A DNA stretch of 64,000 nucleotides from the human T2T-CHM13v2.0 reference genome, Homo sapiens. The translations under genes and the position numbers were made by a program. The stretch lies in the NCBI RefSeq assembly GCF_009914755.1, contig NC_060939.1; one strand, 5' to 3'. This document shows, one piece after another, positions 46,370-61,619 of the stretch. Position 1 is the first letter of the stretch; each line of letters starts with the position of its first letter. The notes under the pieces are model-generated. The model was not told where the DNA came from and ran no database searches. It saw nothing but the letters and a program-made list of their open reading frames with translations.

Positions 46370-48052
46370 GAGTAAGGAGATTGAAACAGTAATTAACAAT
46401 GTCCCATAAAACAAAAACCAGGACCTAATGGCTTCATAAGTGAATTCTATAAAATGTTTGAAAAAGAATGAATACCAATCCTTTTCAAATTGTTTCAAAA
46501 TACTGAAGAAGGAGAAGCATTTTCAAACTTATTTTACAAGGCCAGCATTACCCTCATATCAAAGCCAGATAAGGATGTTACAGGAAAAGAAAATTACAGT
46601 CCAATATCACTGGTGAGCACAGAAGCAAAAATATTCAATAAAATACTAACAAACTGAATGCAACACCACATTAAAAGGACCATAAACCATGATCAAGTGG
46701 GTGGGATTTATCCCTGAATGCAAGCATGGTTCAACATAAACAAATCAATACATGTGATACACCATGTTAACAGAATGAAGGGTAAAAATCATACGACAGT
46801 GTCAATAGATGCAGACAAAGCATTTGACAAAATTCAACATTCTTTCATGATAAAATTAGAAACAGAAAGAACATACCTTAACATAATAAAGGCCATCTAT
46901 GAAATGCTCACTGCTAACATCATACTCAACAATTAAAAGCTTAAAGCTTTTCCTGTAAGATCAGGAAAAAGAAAAGGGTGGTCACTCTTGCCAGTTTTAT
47001 TCAATGTAGTACTGGAAGGCCTAGTCAGATAAAAGGCATCCAAATTGGACAAGAAGAAGTTACATTGTCTCTCTTTGAGGATGACATGATCTTATAATAG
47101 AAATCCATAAAGACTCAGCAAAAAAATAAAAACTGTTAGAACTAATAAATGAATTCAGTGAAGTTGAAGAAAATCAAATCAGTTGCAAAAATCAGTTGCA
47201 TTTCTACATACTGACAACAAATTATCCAAAAATGAAATTAAGAAAGCAATCCCACTTAGAATAGCATCAAAAAAAATAAAATACATAGGATTAAATTTAA
47301 TCAAAAAGGTGAAAGACCTATATACTAAAAACTATAAAACACTGATGAAAAAAATTGAAGAAGACATACATAAATGGAAAGCTATCCCATGTTCATGTAT
47401 CAGAAGAATTAATAATGTCAAAATGTCCCTACTACCCAAAGCAATCTACAGATTCAACACAATCCCTGTCATTCCAACGGCATTTTTCACAGAAATGAAA
47501 AAACAATTTTAAAATTTATGTTGAAAAACAGGAGATCCTCAAATAGCTAAAGTGATATTGAACAGGAACAAAAAAGCCAGAAGGATCACACTTTCCGATT
47601 TCAACCTATATTTCAAAGCTGGGCATGGTGGTGTGCATTTGTAATTCCAGTGACTCAGGAGGCTGAGGTGGGAGGATCAATTGAGCCCAGGAGTTTAAGG
47701 CCAGCCTGGGGAACACAGAACCCCAAATCTTTTTTAAAAAACTATATTACAAAACTATAGTAATCAAAACAGTATGACATTGGCATAAAAACAGATACAT
47801 AGACCAATGAAACAAAATAGAAATCCCAGATATAAACTCATGCACATAAGGTCAATCAAGCTTCAACAAAGGTGCCAAAAATACATGATGGGGAAAGAAT
47901 AGTCTCTTCAATAAATGGTATTGGGAAAACTGGATATCTACAAGTATAAAAATGAAATTGGACCCTTATCTTACACTGTACAGAAAAATCAAATCAAAAT
48001 GGATTGAAGACAACATAGGACCTGAAGCCATAAAACTCCCAGAAGAAAACAT
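46370..48052 (+). mobile_element. Decayed L1 ORF2 reverse-transcriptase region
   Basis: Track ORFs [16 protein letters not shown]...[16 protein letters not shown] and QKSVAFL...LPKAIYRFNTIP match L1 ORF2; FADD motif mutated to FEDD near 47073; stops and frameshifts. Confidence 0.93.
47617..47740 (+). mobile_element. FLAM/FAM-type Alu monomer inside L1
   Basis: gctgggcatggtggtgtgc...ggaggatcaattgagcccaggagttt. Confidence 0.8.
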
Positions 48053-48059
48053 AAGAACT

Positions 48060-48810
48060 TGGTTCTATCCCTCTCCTCCTCTGTCTATTCTACCTTCTGG
48101 GTAATTGCAAGCAGTTCCTTTACTTCAATACCCTCTGAATGTCAATGACCACCTCAGTGAGCCTCAATATGCTTCAGACTCATAGATCCAAGCATATCCT
48201 TGGCATCTCACATTTGATATGGTCCAAAAAATTATTTCTTTAACCTCTCAGTGAATGATAAATCCATCAAACCAGTAATTTTAATCAAAAGTATAGGATT
48301 TGTCCTTGATTCCTCTATTTCCTATACATCTACAGAAAAAGTTATTTGAGGGCTCTACCTCCAAACTGCCTCTCCCTTAGTCCCCTTTCCTCCTTCTTCA
48401 GGGCTGTTGCCTGAGTCTTTATCCTGCCAAGTGAGCCCTGCATGGCAACTACCCTCTCCCTCCACCACTATGATCTAGTATCAGGACTTTTCACTTGCTA
48501 CTACTTCTGCCCAGAGCATTCTATACCTGACGCCTTAATTGCTGGCTTCTTTCTGTCATTTATGTCTAGGATGTATTACTGCCTCTTTTAAGACATCTTT
48601 CCTGAACTCATTCTCCTCTGTAGATATTCTCTATCCTATCACTGTTTTATTTTATTTATCTGAAAGCACTATATTTACTTACATTTTTATTTGCTTATTG
48701 TACGTCTTTCTCCTATTGAATGTAAGGTCCTTGACAACAGGAATCTTGTATTTCCTTTCACTATTATGGCACCTTGACACAGAGTAGGGAATGAATGAGT
48801 GAATGAATTA
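48060..48810 (+). mobile_element. L2a remnant
   Basis: tgtaaggtccttgacaacagg, ending gaatgaatgagtgaatgaat. Confidence 0.65.
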
Positions 48811-48836
48811 TTTAATTAATGCCTCAAATTACATAA

Positions 48837-49282
<446 letters not shown>

Positions 49283-49348
49283 TGATATCGTATTATTAAC
49301 TAAAGTCCACAGTTTATTGATACGTGCTTAGTCTTGACCTAGTATCTC

Positions 49349-49690
49349 ATATATGGTTAGTCTGTGTCCCACCCAAATCTCATCTTGAATTGTAGATCCC
49401 ATAATTCCCACGTGTTGTGGAGGACCTGGTGGGAGGTAATTGAATCATGGGGGCAGGTCTTTCCCCTGCTGTTCTCCTGGTAGTGAATAAGTCTCACTAG
49501 GTCTGATGGTTTTATAAAGGGGAGTTCCCCTGCACATGCTCTCTGACCTGCTGCCATGCAAGATGTGACTTTGCTCCTTCTTTGCCTTCCACCATGATTG
49601 TGAGGCCTCCCCAGCCATGTGGAACTGTGAGTCAATTAAACTTCTTTCCTTTATAAATTACCCAGTCTCTGGCATGTCTTTATTAGCAGC
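49349..49690 (+). mobile_element. THE1B-type LTR lacking the last ~20 bp
   Basis: atatggttagtctgtgtcccacccaaatctcatcttgaattgtag...tttattagcagc. Confidence 0.88.
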
Positions 49691-50929
49691 CTCTTTTTTG
49701 TTCTGGAATCCCATTCCGGATACCACATTTCATGTAGTTGTCGTGCCTCCTCGCCCCTTTTAGCTGTGATTGGTTCTCAGACTTCCCTTGTTTTTGATGA
49801 CCTTGACAGTTAGAGGAGTACTTGTCAGGTATTTTGTAGAATGTCCCTTAATTTGCATTTGTCTGCTGTGATTCTCATGATTTGACTGTGATTGTGTGTT
49901 TTGGGAGGAAGATCATGGCAAAGTGCCATTCTCATCAAGGTATGATCTAACACCATCATGACTTATCACTGTTGATGCTTACTTGACCTCTTGGCTGAGG
50001 TAGTGTTCATCAGGTTTCTCCACTAAAAAATTACTTTTATTTCCTGTTTTCACACCATAATCTTGGGAAAGAAGTCACTGTGTGCAGACCACACTTAAAA
50101 AGGGGAATGTTACTCACTGCATACTTGACAGTGAAGAATCTACATAAATTATTTGGGATTATTCCACATGGGAGATTTGTCTGTTCTCCTCCATTTATTT
50201 ATTTAGTCAAATCATTATTTATATTAGTGTGGATTCATGGATATTTATTTTATACTGTGGGTTATAATCCAATACTACTTTATTTAGTTTGCTGCTCAAA
50301 CTGTTCCAGCTTTGGCCTTTGAGAGCTCTTTCCAGTTGGCGCCTGTGACTCTTTGACATACTCCGTTTCTTTGTTTTGTTTTGTTTTGTCCTTTTTTTTA
50401 AAGCATTTCTTTACTTTTTAGCCCTACAATGCTCCAGGCTTATCTTATATGTTTCCTCCCCCAGACCAACAATCAGCATTTCTCTAAGGAGCTCTGGTTC
50501 CATTGGTCAGAAAATGGTATTAGAAACCAAGATATGGGAACTGGATATTAAATTACCTTTTTAAAAATATGATTCGATGCTGACAGGATGTGTTAAAACT
50601 AGAATTTTTATCCATTACTGGTGAAGGAGTAAACGATACAATTTTTCTAGGAAAGCAATTTTTCAATGTGTACAGAGCCTTAAAAATTGTTATATAAATT
50701 TTGATATTATAGTCACACATCTGACACTCTAAAATGCAAAGATTTTTTCATATTACTTATAATAGCACAATATTAGAGAAGCCAAACAATATAGAAGGGG
50801 TTAAATTTAAAAATAAGAGTCTTGCTCAAAAAGTAAGTTTAAACCACCTTAAATTATTTGTTGTATAAGGTGGAGAAATAAATAGATACACAAATTTATG
50901 GATGCCATGGACACATCAGTTTTATGTGA

Positions 50930-51310
<381 letters not shown>

Positions 51311-52074
51311 TGTTTATTTTGAAATATATGTATTATAATTTGTTTACATGGAAACATGTTTAAAAATGGAAGGAAAATTTCTAAAATATTCATAGTTATG
51401 CTCTCTAGATGACAGGATTATATTATGTTTATTCCATTTCTTTATATTTTTCTGTTTTCAAGTATTATTTTAAATATGGGTACTTAGAATCCTAAAAAAA
51501 ATACAAAGTAATTTTATCATTTCGTATAGCTATGTAGCAGGAACATCTAAATAATTATTGCTGGCTATTCATAGTTTATAGACTGATTTACCCAATCGCT
51601 GAAGGGCACCATGATTTCTTGACAGTAAGCCCCTTGTCTGCAATAGAGGAGGGGGGCCTTAACCACGAGATGTTTCTCCCCAAATCACACAGCAAATTGG
51701 TGGCAGTAATCGAACTCTTTACAGCACGGGGCACTAGAACACACAGGATGAAAGGTTAGGCAGTCAGAACTCCTCTGGATTGATTAGTTTTGTCATTCTT
51801 CTCCCAGCCTTGCTAACGTCTCAGAAATGGATGCACTTTCCTGGGTCATAGGGAGGGCTGGGGAAAGGAGAAGATGAATCTCAAAGTATTGCGGGGAGTG
51901 AAGCATGTTGAAATTACAAAGTCAAACAAACTTGCCTTTCAGATGATGGCAAGGTGGGTAATTAATTCACATGGGACTTTGAGTTCTGGATTTGTTTTTC
52001 TCTTATGTGAATCTTGGTTTGTTTTGGTGAAGTAAGTAATAATTTTGTGTCGTTTTCCCCAGCTACAGAGCTAG

Positions 52075-52162
52075 GTCACATGACCCAAAGTTTTACCAAA
52101 AGCAGCACTTTTATTCTGTAAAGTTGCCAAGGCAACACCAGCTGCTTATGACATCATGTGAC
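52075..52162. promoter_or_regulatory. TF motif cluster: M-box, RFX X-box, E-box, CRE-like, M-box
   Basis: GTCACATGAC 52075, GTTGCCAAGGCAAC 52123, CAGCTG 52139, TGACATCA 52149, TCATGTGAC 52154, in apparently unique DNA. Confidence 0.55.
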
Positions 52163-53049
52163 TGAGGGGACACAGACTGATTTTAGAAGCCTAAAATTAT
52201 CACTCAATCTGCTCACCAAAATTCTGAAACAGCCAAGACGGCCCCAAGCCCAAGGAAAGGCTTCAGCAACACTGTTCTGTGAAAATGATGATGGCAATGA
52301 ATTATGCATTGTTCTCTAAAGTCTGGTACCACGGCCTCAAATCACATACTAAAAACATACTCAAGATCAACATAAGCTGGGCATGCAGGACACACCTGCT
52401 AATCTGTTTTCAATTAAAGTTTTCCCATCACCATGATGGATAAAGGTAATTTTTAGCTTTCGTTAAATGAACTTTAAGATTTAAAATCTATTTTTATGTA
52501 CGTCAAAATTACATCTCAAATTATTCTAACTCAAGATACACCGAAGATAAAAATTAGGAAGAACATTTTGTTTTTCTATTATCATATATAATTATACAGT
52601 AATTAGAGATGTATTCGCATAATTGTTTCAATATTTTTATAATAATAAGCAACAGTCCGTGGACCATACTAAAAGTCTAAATTTTACGGGTTCCCAGAGA
52701 GGATTCACTACATAGACAGATTCAAGAGAACCATAATATAATTCAGAATTGATCATTTTTCAGGCATTTAGAAGCAGGGAAACTGGTCTCAACCTTATGT
52801 CATCCCCTCCCAAAAAAACAAATAAATTAGAATGGAAAGTAAAAATTGGACTAACTGGATTATGTTGCCCAGGGCTCACCCCTTTTTGCTCTCAAAAAAC
52901 TCACTCTTAAATAAAGATGGTTGCATTGCAATTTATACTTCTACTGGCAAAATGAGTGATATTGTTCCTAAAGGAAAATATCCAGAATATAAATACTTCT
53001 TGTAAAAAGAAATACTTCCCTGATCTTTGTAGTTCATTTCGCAATCATT

Positions 53050-53790
53050 AACAGATGATCTCCTACTAAGTGCAGGCCAGTGTGCACTATACTAGGTTAT
53101 ATCGAAATAACGAGGTGGATTAAAAGTCATCCTTTCCTCCAAGGAGATAAAATAAAGACACACGTAACTAAACGAAGATATAAATAACTAAAACTAAAAG
53201 CAAAAGAGCCATGGGAACACAGAAGCAGCAAAGATCCCTTGTGGCTCGAAGGACCGGGGGACTTCACGGAAAAGTTGGCATTTTGAAATTGCACCTTGAA
53301 GGATGGGTAAGTCTTTAAGAAGTTGATTAGGGAAGGTCATGCTAAGAAGAAAACAGCTTAGGCAAAGATCAAAGGAGGTAAGGGGAGAGCTTGGTTGGGA
53401 GGCAAATATATTTAGGAAACTGATGGAGTATAAGAGTAAAACATAGATTGGGACCACATCCTAGCAGAAGCTGATACCATTCTGAGGAGACTGGACTTGA
53501 CTCTGAGAACAGAAGGAAGTCACTGAAGATTTTAGGCAGAAGAATGACATGTACTGTAGGAAGATGTATTTGGGGACTGTCCATTGAATGAAGGGTGACA
53601 TGGGAGCAGGTTGCATTGAAATTCTATCAGGGGCCCGTGGAAACAATGGTGGTAAGAGGCAATGCGAATGGGAGCTGGGCGAGGAGAATGAGCAAACAGA
53701 TGGACGTAAGGCACACGTGAGGGCGTGATTGGCAAGACGGGGTAGCCAGCTGCATGTGCGTGGGCGGAAGGGAGTATTTAGAGACAGTCC
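53050..53790 (-). mobile_element. L2 remnant
   Basis: ctcctactaagtgcaggccagtgtgc, ggaagtcactgaagattttaggcagaagaatgacatg. Confidence 0.6.
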
Positions 53791-54165
53791 CTTGAAATGT
53801 GTTCTCAGAAGTAGAATTGCTAATTTAAACGCAATTTGATCTAAATCAAAATGTCTTCACCTGATATATAAAATCAATCTCTCCCATTTCTAATTTTGGG
53901 ATATCTGATAGGAAAGAACAAAGGATCATGAAAATTCATGCAGTGGCCTTCACCATTATATCATCCTCTCTTTTTCTGCTTTTCTCATGTGAAGTAATTA
54001 AGTGCTAAAAGCAGGAAGGTAAACTGAGGCTGGTGCCAAATGAACTGTTGTGCCAGAGAGCTGATTAGACACTAGAGGGAAGTGTATGAGGGGCACGTGT
54101 TTCCCCATCTTGTTTCTGAGCATGAGTCTCTGGTTTCTACACCCAGTTCTGACAGCACACGACAC

Positions 54166-54703
54166 TGACAAAAATTCTTTCCTTGACCAAACTCCTGCCA
54201 GGCTCCTCGGAGCCCTCCTCTTGATGAGGCCTCAACCTCGGCCTATAAAGGGATTGAACATACACTAACACAGTTTCTAACCGCTCGAGGCTGTTAGGAT
54301 GACCTAGACTGCCTTCTTGAGAAAACTCATGGCTGCCAAAGCAATGGACTGTTTGTTCCAGCCATCACCTGAAGATAGATACCCTGTCTCCTAGCCTCTG
54401 CGCAAGGGTAGGAGCCTGACTTCAATAAGCGCCAGTTAGCAAACCCAGAGGGGTTTCACATGGACTAACTCCAAAGCCCCTTCCTGCTTTTTGTAATTGT
54501 TCACTTCCCTGACTCTACTGAGGCCCCACACTGCCCTATCCATATGCCTTCATTTCTCCCTTTAAAATACCCAGTCACCTCCGAATAAACTAAAGCTGAG
54601 GTCAGTTCACATGGGACTCTTTTCCCAGTTGCAATAGTGGACCACAGGTTACAATCTGCCCTTGCCACTTCAACCCAGCATCCAGCTTTGGTTATCTTTG
54701 ACA
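54166..54703 (+). mobile_element. MER67-like (MER4-group ERV1) solo LTR
   Basis: tgacaaaaattctttccttgaccaaact...ttatctttgaca inverted termini; near-TSD acac/acat. Confidence 0.75.
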
Positions 54704-55372
54704 ACATCTGTCTGAGGCTTTGCCTCGACCTCCCCTGTCTATAGTGCCTCAGGCCCATCCCCCAATGCCCCAGAGTCATGGGAAAAAGCCATAGCAATGA
54801 ACTCCGATTCAACAAACTCAGACCTAGATGGTGCCATATCAATATGTGTCTCCAAAAAAACCAAAACAAAAAAGCACTCTAGTGCTTAAACAAAGTGAAC
54901 AGGTTTTCTTGATTGAAGATTTTCTCAGAGCCTTTATAGTGCTATTATACTCTGTGAATTTCCAAAAGGGAGATACAGTATATACTACTTTCCAAACTTG
55001 TTTGACTATAAAACCCTTTTTCTCAGGACTTTTTGAAGGTCTATGGATTGATAGGAAAAATGTTAGGAACACTGTATCCCACATTACCGCTTCCTCCTCC
55101 CTTCTACCCAACACGTTCTCGTGTTCTATCAATCCCTCCAAAATGTTGAAGTTCACTCACCAGCAAAGCACTATGCTAGTATTTTTGAAACTAAATAAGC
55201 AGGTGGTCACTGCTCTCTGTCCCATTTATATCTCTTTTGTAAACCCAGATTAATGAATCTTTAGCCTTCAAGCCACTTTCCTAACAGAATCTTTATTCTG
55301 CAAATTGTTCTCTGGTAAACACATGCGTATTTAGAAAGATGTATACAGCATGTATCAAGAACAGCATATGTT

Positions 55373-55972
<600 letters not shown>

Positions 55973-56948
55973 AAGAACAGCATATGTTTATATGTTTTAC
56001 ACTAAAGCTGAATCCACTTCAAGATCATCAGCCATTCATTATGAATAGGTAAGTAAAAAAGGTAAACCAAATATTAAATATCACTGGAAGCAAAAATATA
56101 TAATAATCTGGGTTTAAGCAAACTGCAGACCTTATGGCTCACAATGTAGACATCTGAAAATGAGAACCTGAAAATGCAAAGCCATTTTAACACATTATTT
56201 AGTAAGTTAGTTTTCAGAAACTAAGATGTACACCTCCTTAGCAGTCAGTAAACATATTTTTTCCTTATGAAACCAGGCTATAAATGGCTAGTGTGGATAA
56301 AATGAAAGCATTTGGTGAAGTCTGTCTCTCTTGGGATTTCTGCTTAACTGAGGAATACATTATATTCAGATATTTCCTCAGACATAAATACCATCTTGAT
56401 TAAGACATAAAGTTCCCTGGTTACACATCATGGAAATGGACTTTGGACTCAGACCATCACCAGTGATGGCCGATGTGTTTAGGGTAAAGCTTTGTTTGCA
56501 GAAAGAGCCATAACTTGAGCATAAATTATGCGTTGGAGTCACCACTCCAATTTGCCTATTTTTTGTTAGAAACTTTATGTGAAATTTGAGGTTGAGGGAT
56601 AGGGGTTAGAATTGGCATCTTAGGCTGGTTTCCCGCAGTGCACCCACAACAAGGCTGCTGTGGACAAAGGCCTCAGAATCTGGCTTCCCGGAGTGTGGGT
56701 GGAGCTGAGCTACAAGTGCATGCCCAGTACCAAGTGGGGTCCACCAAGCTTCCATAACTAGAACCCTATGTAGACAAACCCCTCAGCTTCCAGAGACTAA
56801 ATGCTAGAAAGCTTAAGCATTCCATGAAATGAAACCAGCAACCATAGCTTGGAAAGTAATACAGGCAAAAGCTCAAGAATAGAGATCATAATGTGTCCTA
56901 ATGGGTCAACTCATAGCTCCAGCTCTTGGATTCTGTGGAACAGGATAG

Positions 56949-57498
<550 letters not shown>

Positions 57499-58019
57499 CA
57501 CTGTTGGCTTTTGACTACCACGAATTCTGGCTAGGGAGTTTCTGAAGGTGTCAGAGGTTGTCACAGATCAGGCTTCCCTCCTTCTGATCATAGAGTGATG
57601 GTTCCACCATTCTCCCACCTCATGACCTAGAACTCAATTCCAGAGTTTCCAACTCCTTCTCCAAATATAATTACCCGTAAAACTTTGAAACTCTCCTCAT
57701 TGTCCTTCATACCCACAAGACATACCACTTCCTGTGCTCCCAACCTTTCTTGAAAATACTGCTTATCACACTAGACTCTGAGACTTGTGAGATCAAGCCC
57801 ATGTCTAATTCATCTTTCTAATTCTGGCTCCTGGTACAGTGCCTGACTCATGGTTGACTTAGGGATGTTTGGTTGAAGAAGTATGATCCGGCCAACTTTT
57901 CTGTTACATGTGTTTCCTCCCTTGCTTTATATTCCTGCCAACACCTTCATCATCTTTCAGCTAGACCCTCAATAATATAATGATTAACGTTCAGATAGAG
58001 AATGCTGTGAAGGAAATAA

Positions 58020-58935
58020 TGTATAATAAGAAGACCGAAGCAAGAGGTGGAAGGGAGGTACCATTTTAGATGAAATAGTCAAAGATGTCTCTGAGGAGAT
58101 GACATGTGAGCAGAGATACAAACAATGAAGAGAGGCATGTGGTCATCTGGCTGGGGAGGCATTCCAGAGGGAAACAAGAGGAAAGTTAAGGTCCCTGAGG
58201 TAAGGATGAGTATGTCCTGTTTCAGAAAGAGCAGGAAGGCCAGCCTGGCTACAGTATGGTAAACTGGAGGAAGAGGAACAGATAAGGCTAAAAAAGTCGG
58301 CAGGGTCTAGATCCTGTCTTTGTAGGTATGTCAGGAAATTTGGATCTTAAGTGTAATGAGAAGCCATGGCATGTTTTAATTAGGGAAATTAGGTCATCTT
58401 AAGTTACTTACTTCAAAAAGTTACTCTAGATGCTGTCTGCAGAATGGATTAAAGGGGACAAGAATGGAGAAATACCTGTTAGGGAGTGTATGCAGAAATT
58501 TAGGAGAGGTGATTATGGATTGTTCTTGGGAAGAAAGAGTGGAAAGAGAAGTGGTTGGCTAAAAACTAAATTTCAAAAGAAATTTATTAAAAAAAAAATA
58601 AATTTTCCAAGACCAAAAAATGTGTTAGTAGATTGGATATGGGGGATGAGGAAACCAGAAGAACCAGGGAGGACTCCCATGCCTTAGGTCTTGGGTAAAA
58701 GGTGGGGCCATTAGGCCATTACCTGAGATGGAGAAGACTAGGGGAGGGGCATTCTTTACAAGGTGAATGGGGTAAGAAGCCAATGGAAGGAAAATCTATT
58801 TAGGATAAAGTGAAAGTGTCATGTGGGCAATTAGATAGCATGCATCTGGAGCTTAGAGAATAGCTTGGAGAAGTCCTCAGAATGTAAATTTTTGAGCCGA
58901 TAGTGTATAGAAGGTATTGAAATCCATAGAGCTAG
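58020..58935 (-). mobile_element. L2 remnant
   Basis: tctctgaggagatgacatgtgagcagaga, agcaggaaggccagcctggct, tttcaaaaag-like L2 motifs. Confidence 0.65.
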
Positions 58936-59839
58936 AAGAGTTCAATGCAACATGTTTTACAGTCATGATCTATTCTTTGGCCATGAGCCACTCAGGCCAT
59001 AGTGCATTAATGGGATTATTTTTACACCTTAGAACAGTTTGTCTTTTACACCTACCTCATAATCCTTTTAAAAAATTATTAAACTTTAAGGAACACTTGG
59101 AGAAAATGGGATAAAAGCAAGAGGAGCAAGAACCTCAGGAATTCATATGGCCTTTATTGAGGCAACACCAGAATGCACTGTCTACTGCAAAAAGAAGCAA
59201 GCAAAGTTGTAGAAATTCTCTAACAGGTGTGGCTCAGGCCAAATTGTCTTGGCAGGAGCAACAACAGCAATGACCCAGGAAACAATGCCAGTAATTCAGA
59301 GCCAGGGACAAGCCAAGCAGATGCTCTAGAACCTCTGCGTCTACCAATCTCTTAGTCTAGGAATATCCAGTTTCCCTAGACCTTCTCCATCCAGACCCTT
59401 GGGAATTTTCAGCAGCAGAATTTATTCTCTTCAATCACAGCCAGGCCTGGGATGCCCCAGTTCAAGCATTCCACCAGGGGTTCTGGCACCCATGGACTTC
59501 ATTTTAGAGTCTGAATGTTTCCTTGAGTCCAAAGTGCACCCTTTACTGCAGACCCCTTTAGTGACCCCCATATCTCTCCCTACTGTTTCCTGCCATAATA
59601 CTTTGGCCCCAAGGTGGGACTGACTCTCTGGATGAGAAACATCAGAGCATGGAGACATTTCTGAATTTACAGAAGAGTCAGTCCTCTGAAATGTCCTGTG
59701 GATACCTTAGGGAAATCACAAAAAACACTATGACAACAGAATATGTTTCTGAGACTCATTCATGTTGTTGGCAAAAGCTATAATTCATTCATATTTATCT
59801 CTGTAGAAATAAAATTCTACAGCCAGAAACAGAGAGAAA

Positions 59840-60030
59840 TTCTGTTCTTAATCTTTAAAGTCCATCAGAATTATCTGAAAGGCTTCTTAAAATGTAAGTT
59901 CTGAGTTCTGAGCCCCACTCTTATAGTTCTTATTCACTGGGTCCAAAGTGAGATTCAAGAACTTGCATTTCTAACAAGTTCCCAGGTGATGCTGATGTTT
60001 CTGGTCCATGGTCCATGCTTTAAGAACAAC
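59840..60030 (+). mobile_element. MER5A hAT transposon
   Basis: catcagaattatctg...ttgcatttctaacaagttcccaggtgatgctgatg...ctttaagaacaact. Confidence 0.8.
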
Positions 60031-60039
60031 TTTTATAAA

Positions 60040-60655
60040 GTGTTTCATTATGTGACAATACAACAACTTATTCATTTTATTATGATGGACACCTTCGCTG
60101 TTTTCAATTGGGGGCTATTATAGTGTTTCCATGAATATCCTTGTATATGTCCTTTGGTTCACACATGTAACACATTTCTGTTGGGTCCTCAAGAATTGCT
60201 GGGTCGTATATGTTCAACTTTGATAGATACTACCAATGGGTTTTCCAAAATCGTTTAATTCATTTTCATTCCCACAGGCAATAAATATTTGAAAGTTTCT
60301 GAAACTCAGGATTCCTACCAACATTAGGCTTGTGAAGCTTTTACATTTTTGCCAGTCTGGTGACTGCATGTGTAATTTTCATTGTGGTTTTAATTTTTCA
60401 TTTCCCTGACGACTAATGAGGTGGAGGCCTTTAATATGTTTATAGGACATTAGAATTTCTTTTTACATGCAGTGCCTCTTTACGTTTTTTAACCCATTTT
60501 TCTAACTGACTTGAATGGGTTCTTTATACATTTCAGATACTAGGTCTTTGTCAGTTATATGTGTTGCGAACATTTTCTTCCATTGTGTAGCTTGTCTTTT
60601 CACTCTTTACAGTATCTGTTTATGAATAGCATTTCTTAATTTTAATGGAGCCTAT
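60040..60655 (-). mobile_element. Old L1ME-type fragment
   Basis: gaattgctgggtc, cattgtggttttaatttttcatttccctgacgactaatgagg. Confidence 0.7.
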
Positions 60656-61619
60656 TTCAGTGTTTCTCAGACTCCCCGTGGTAAGGGACCTATTTTTTTT
60701 CCAAATCAATTGAGGACTGATATTTTTGAAAACACACAAAAAAATGCATAATGTAAACATGAAAAAAATTAAAGGTATTCAAAAACCTTAAGCATTTTAT
60801 TTTCAAGTAATGTGTTCAAGAGACCTATCCCTAAGCCTCACCCAATTTTCTGACAATCCTGTGCTCGAGAATAAAACTCAGGCATCAGAGTGGAGACGTT
60901 GACATTTGTACTTAACAATTAAACAAAAGAACGACAAACTACCAAGTATTTTCATTGCAGGATAAAGGTCACAATAGACATCCTTACCTTGCTCCCCTAC
61001 TCTTTAATTTTCTCCCACTCTGTTCTTGACCTTCGTTCTATTTCTGTCCCCATTCATAAGCCTCTATCTTCCTTGAAGAACATAGATGGTTAAAGTCATG
61101 ATGTGGTAAATGTACCTGTACACATGATACTTAGTAATAAAAAAAAAAGAATTTAAGGTTTTAAAGTACTGTCAAAATTTCCTCACAATTTTTTTCTTAA
61201 ATCTGAGACAAAATGTCATGTTGACTAGGTGAGTGTTATACTCACAGTACAGCTTGATTTTAGCAGAGCATTTAAAAACTCTTCAGTAAGATATAATTAC
61301 AGATAAAATGGTGCAATAAGAGCAGGAAGACTGCACTGTTAGGTCATAGAAAAGGGAATATTTCAGCAATATTATTATATAAAAAGAAATTCAGATGTGA
61401 TGGCTGACTTAATTGATGTTACCTTTACCTTCTCCTTTGTTAAAGGGACTTCAAAGAATGATTTTGTGGTTCATGGCTTCTGCATCTATCTCCCCCTGAC
61501 TGTAAGCTTCTTGAGGACAGGAATTATTTCTTATTCACCTTTGCAGTAGATTTTTTTTATAGACAATCTTTAACAGATTATGACATTTTCTTCTATTTCT
61601 AATTTGTTAAAAGTTGGCC

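Noticed and set aside
46718-47512. Reverse-transcriptase-like ORFs as a possible novel RT system
   Set aside because: Ordinary decayed L1 ORF2 with stops, frameshifts and an Alu monomer inserted downstream
51943-51953. 11-nt micro-exon candidate (ctttcag|ATGATGGCAAG|gtgggt)
   Set aside because: Not frame-preserving, with no host gene identified; cannot be supported from sequence alone
54828-55253. 141-aa plus-strand ORF with an overlapping antisense ORF
   Set aside because: Non-ATG start, no homology recognised, no splice context; probably overlaps an old repeat remnant
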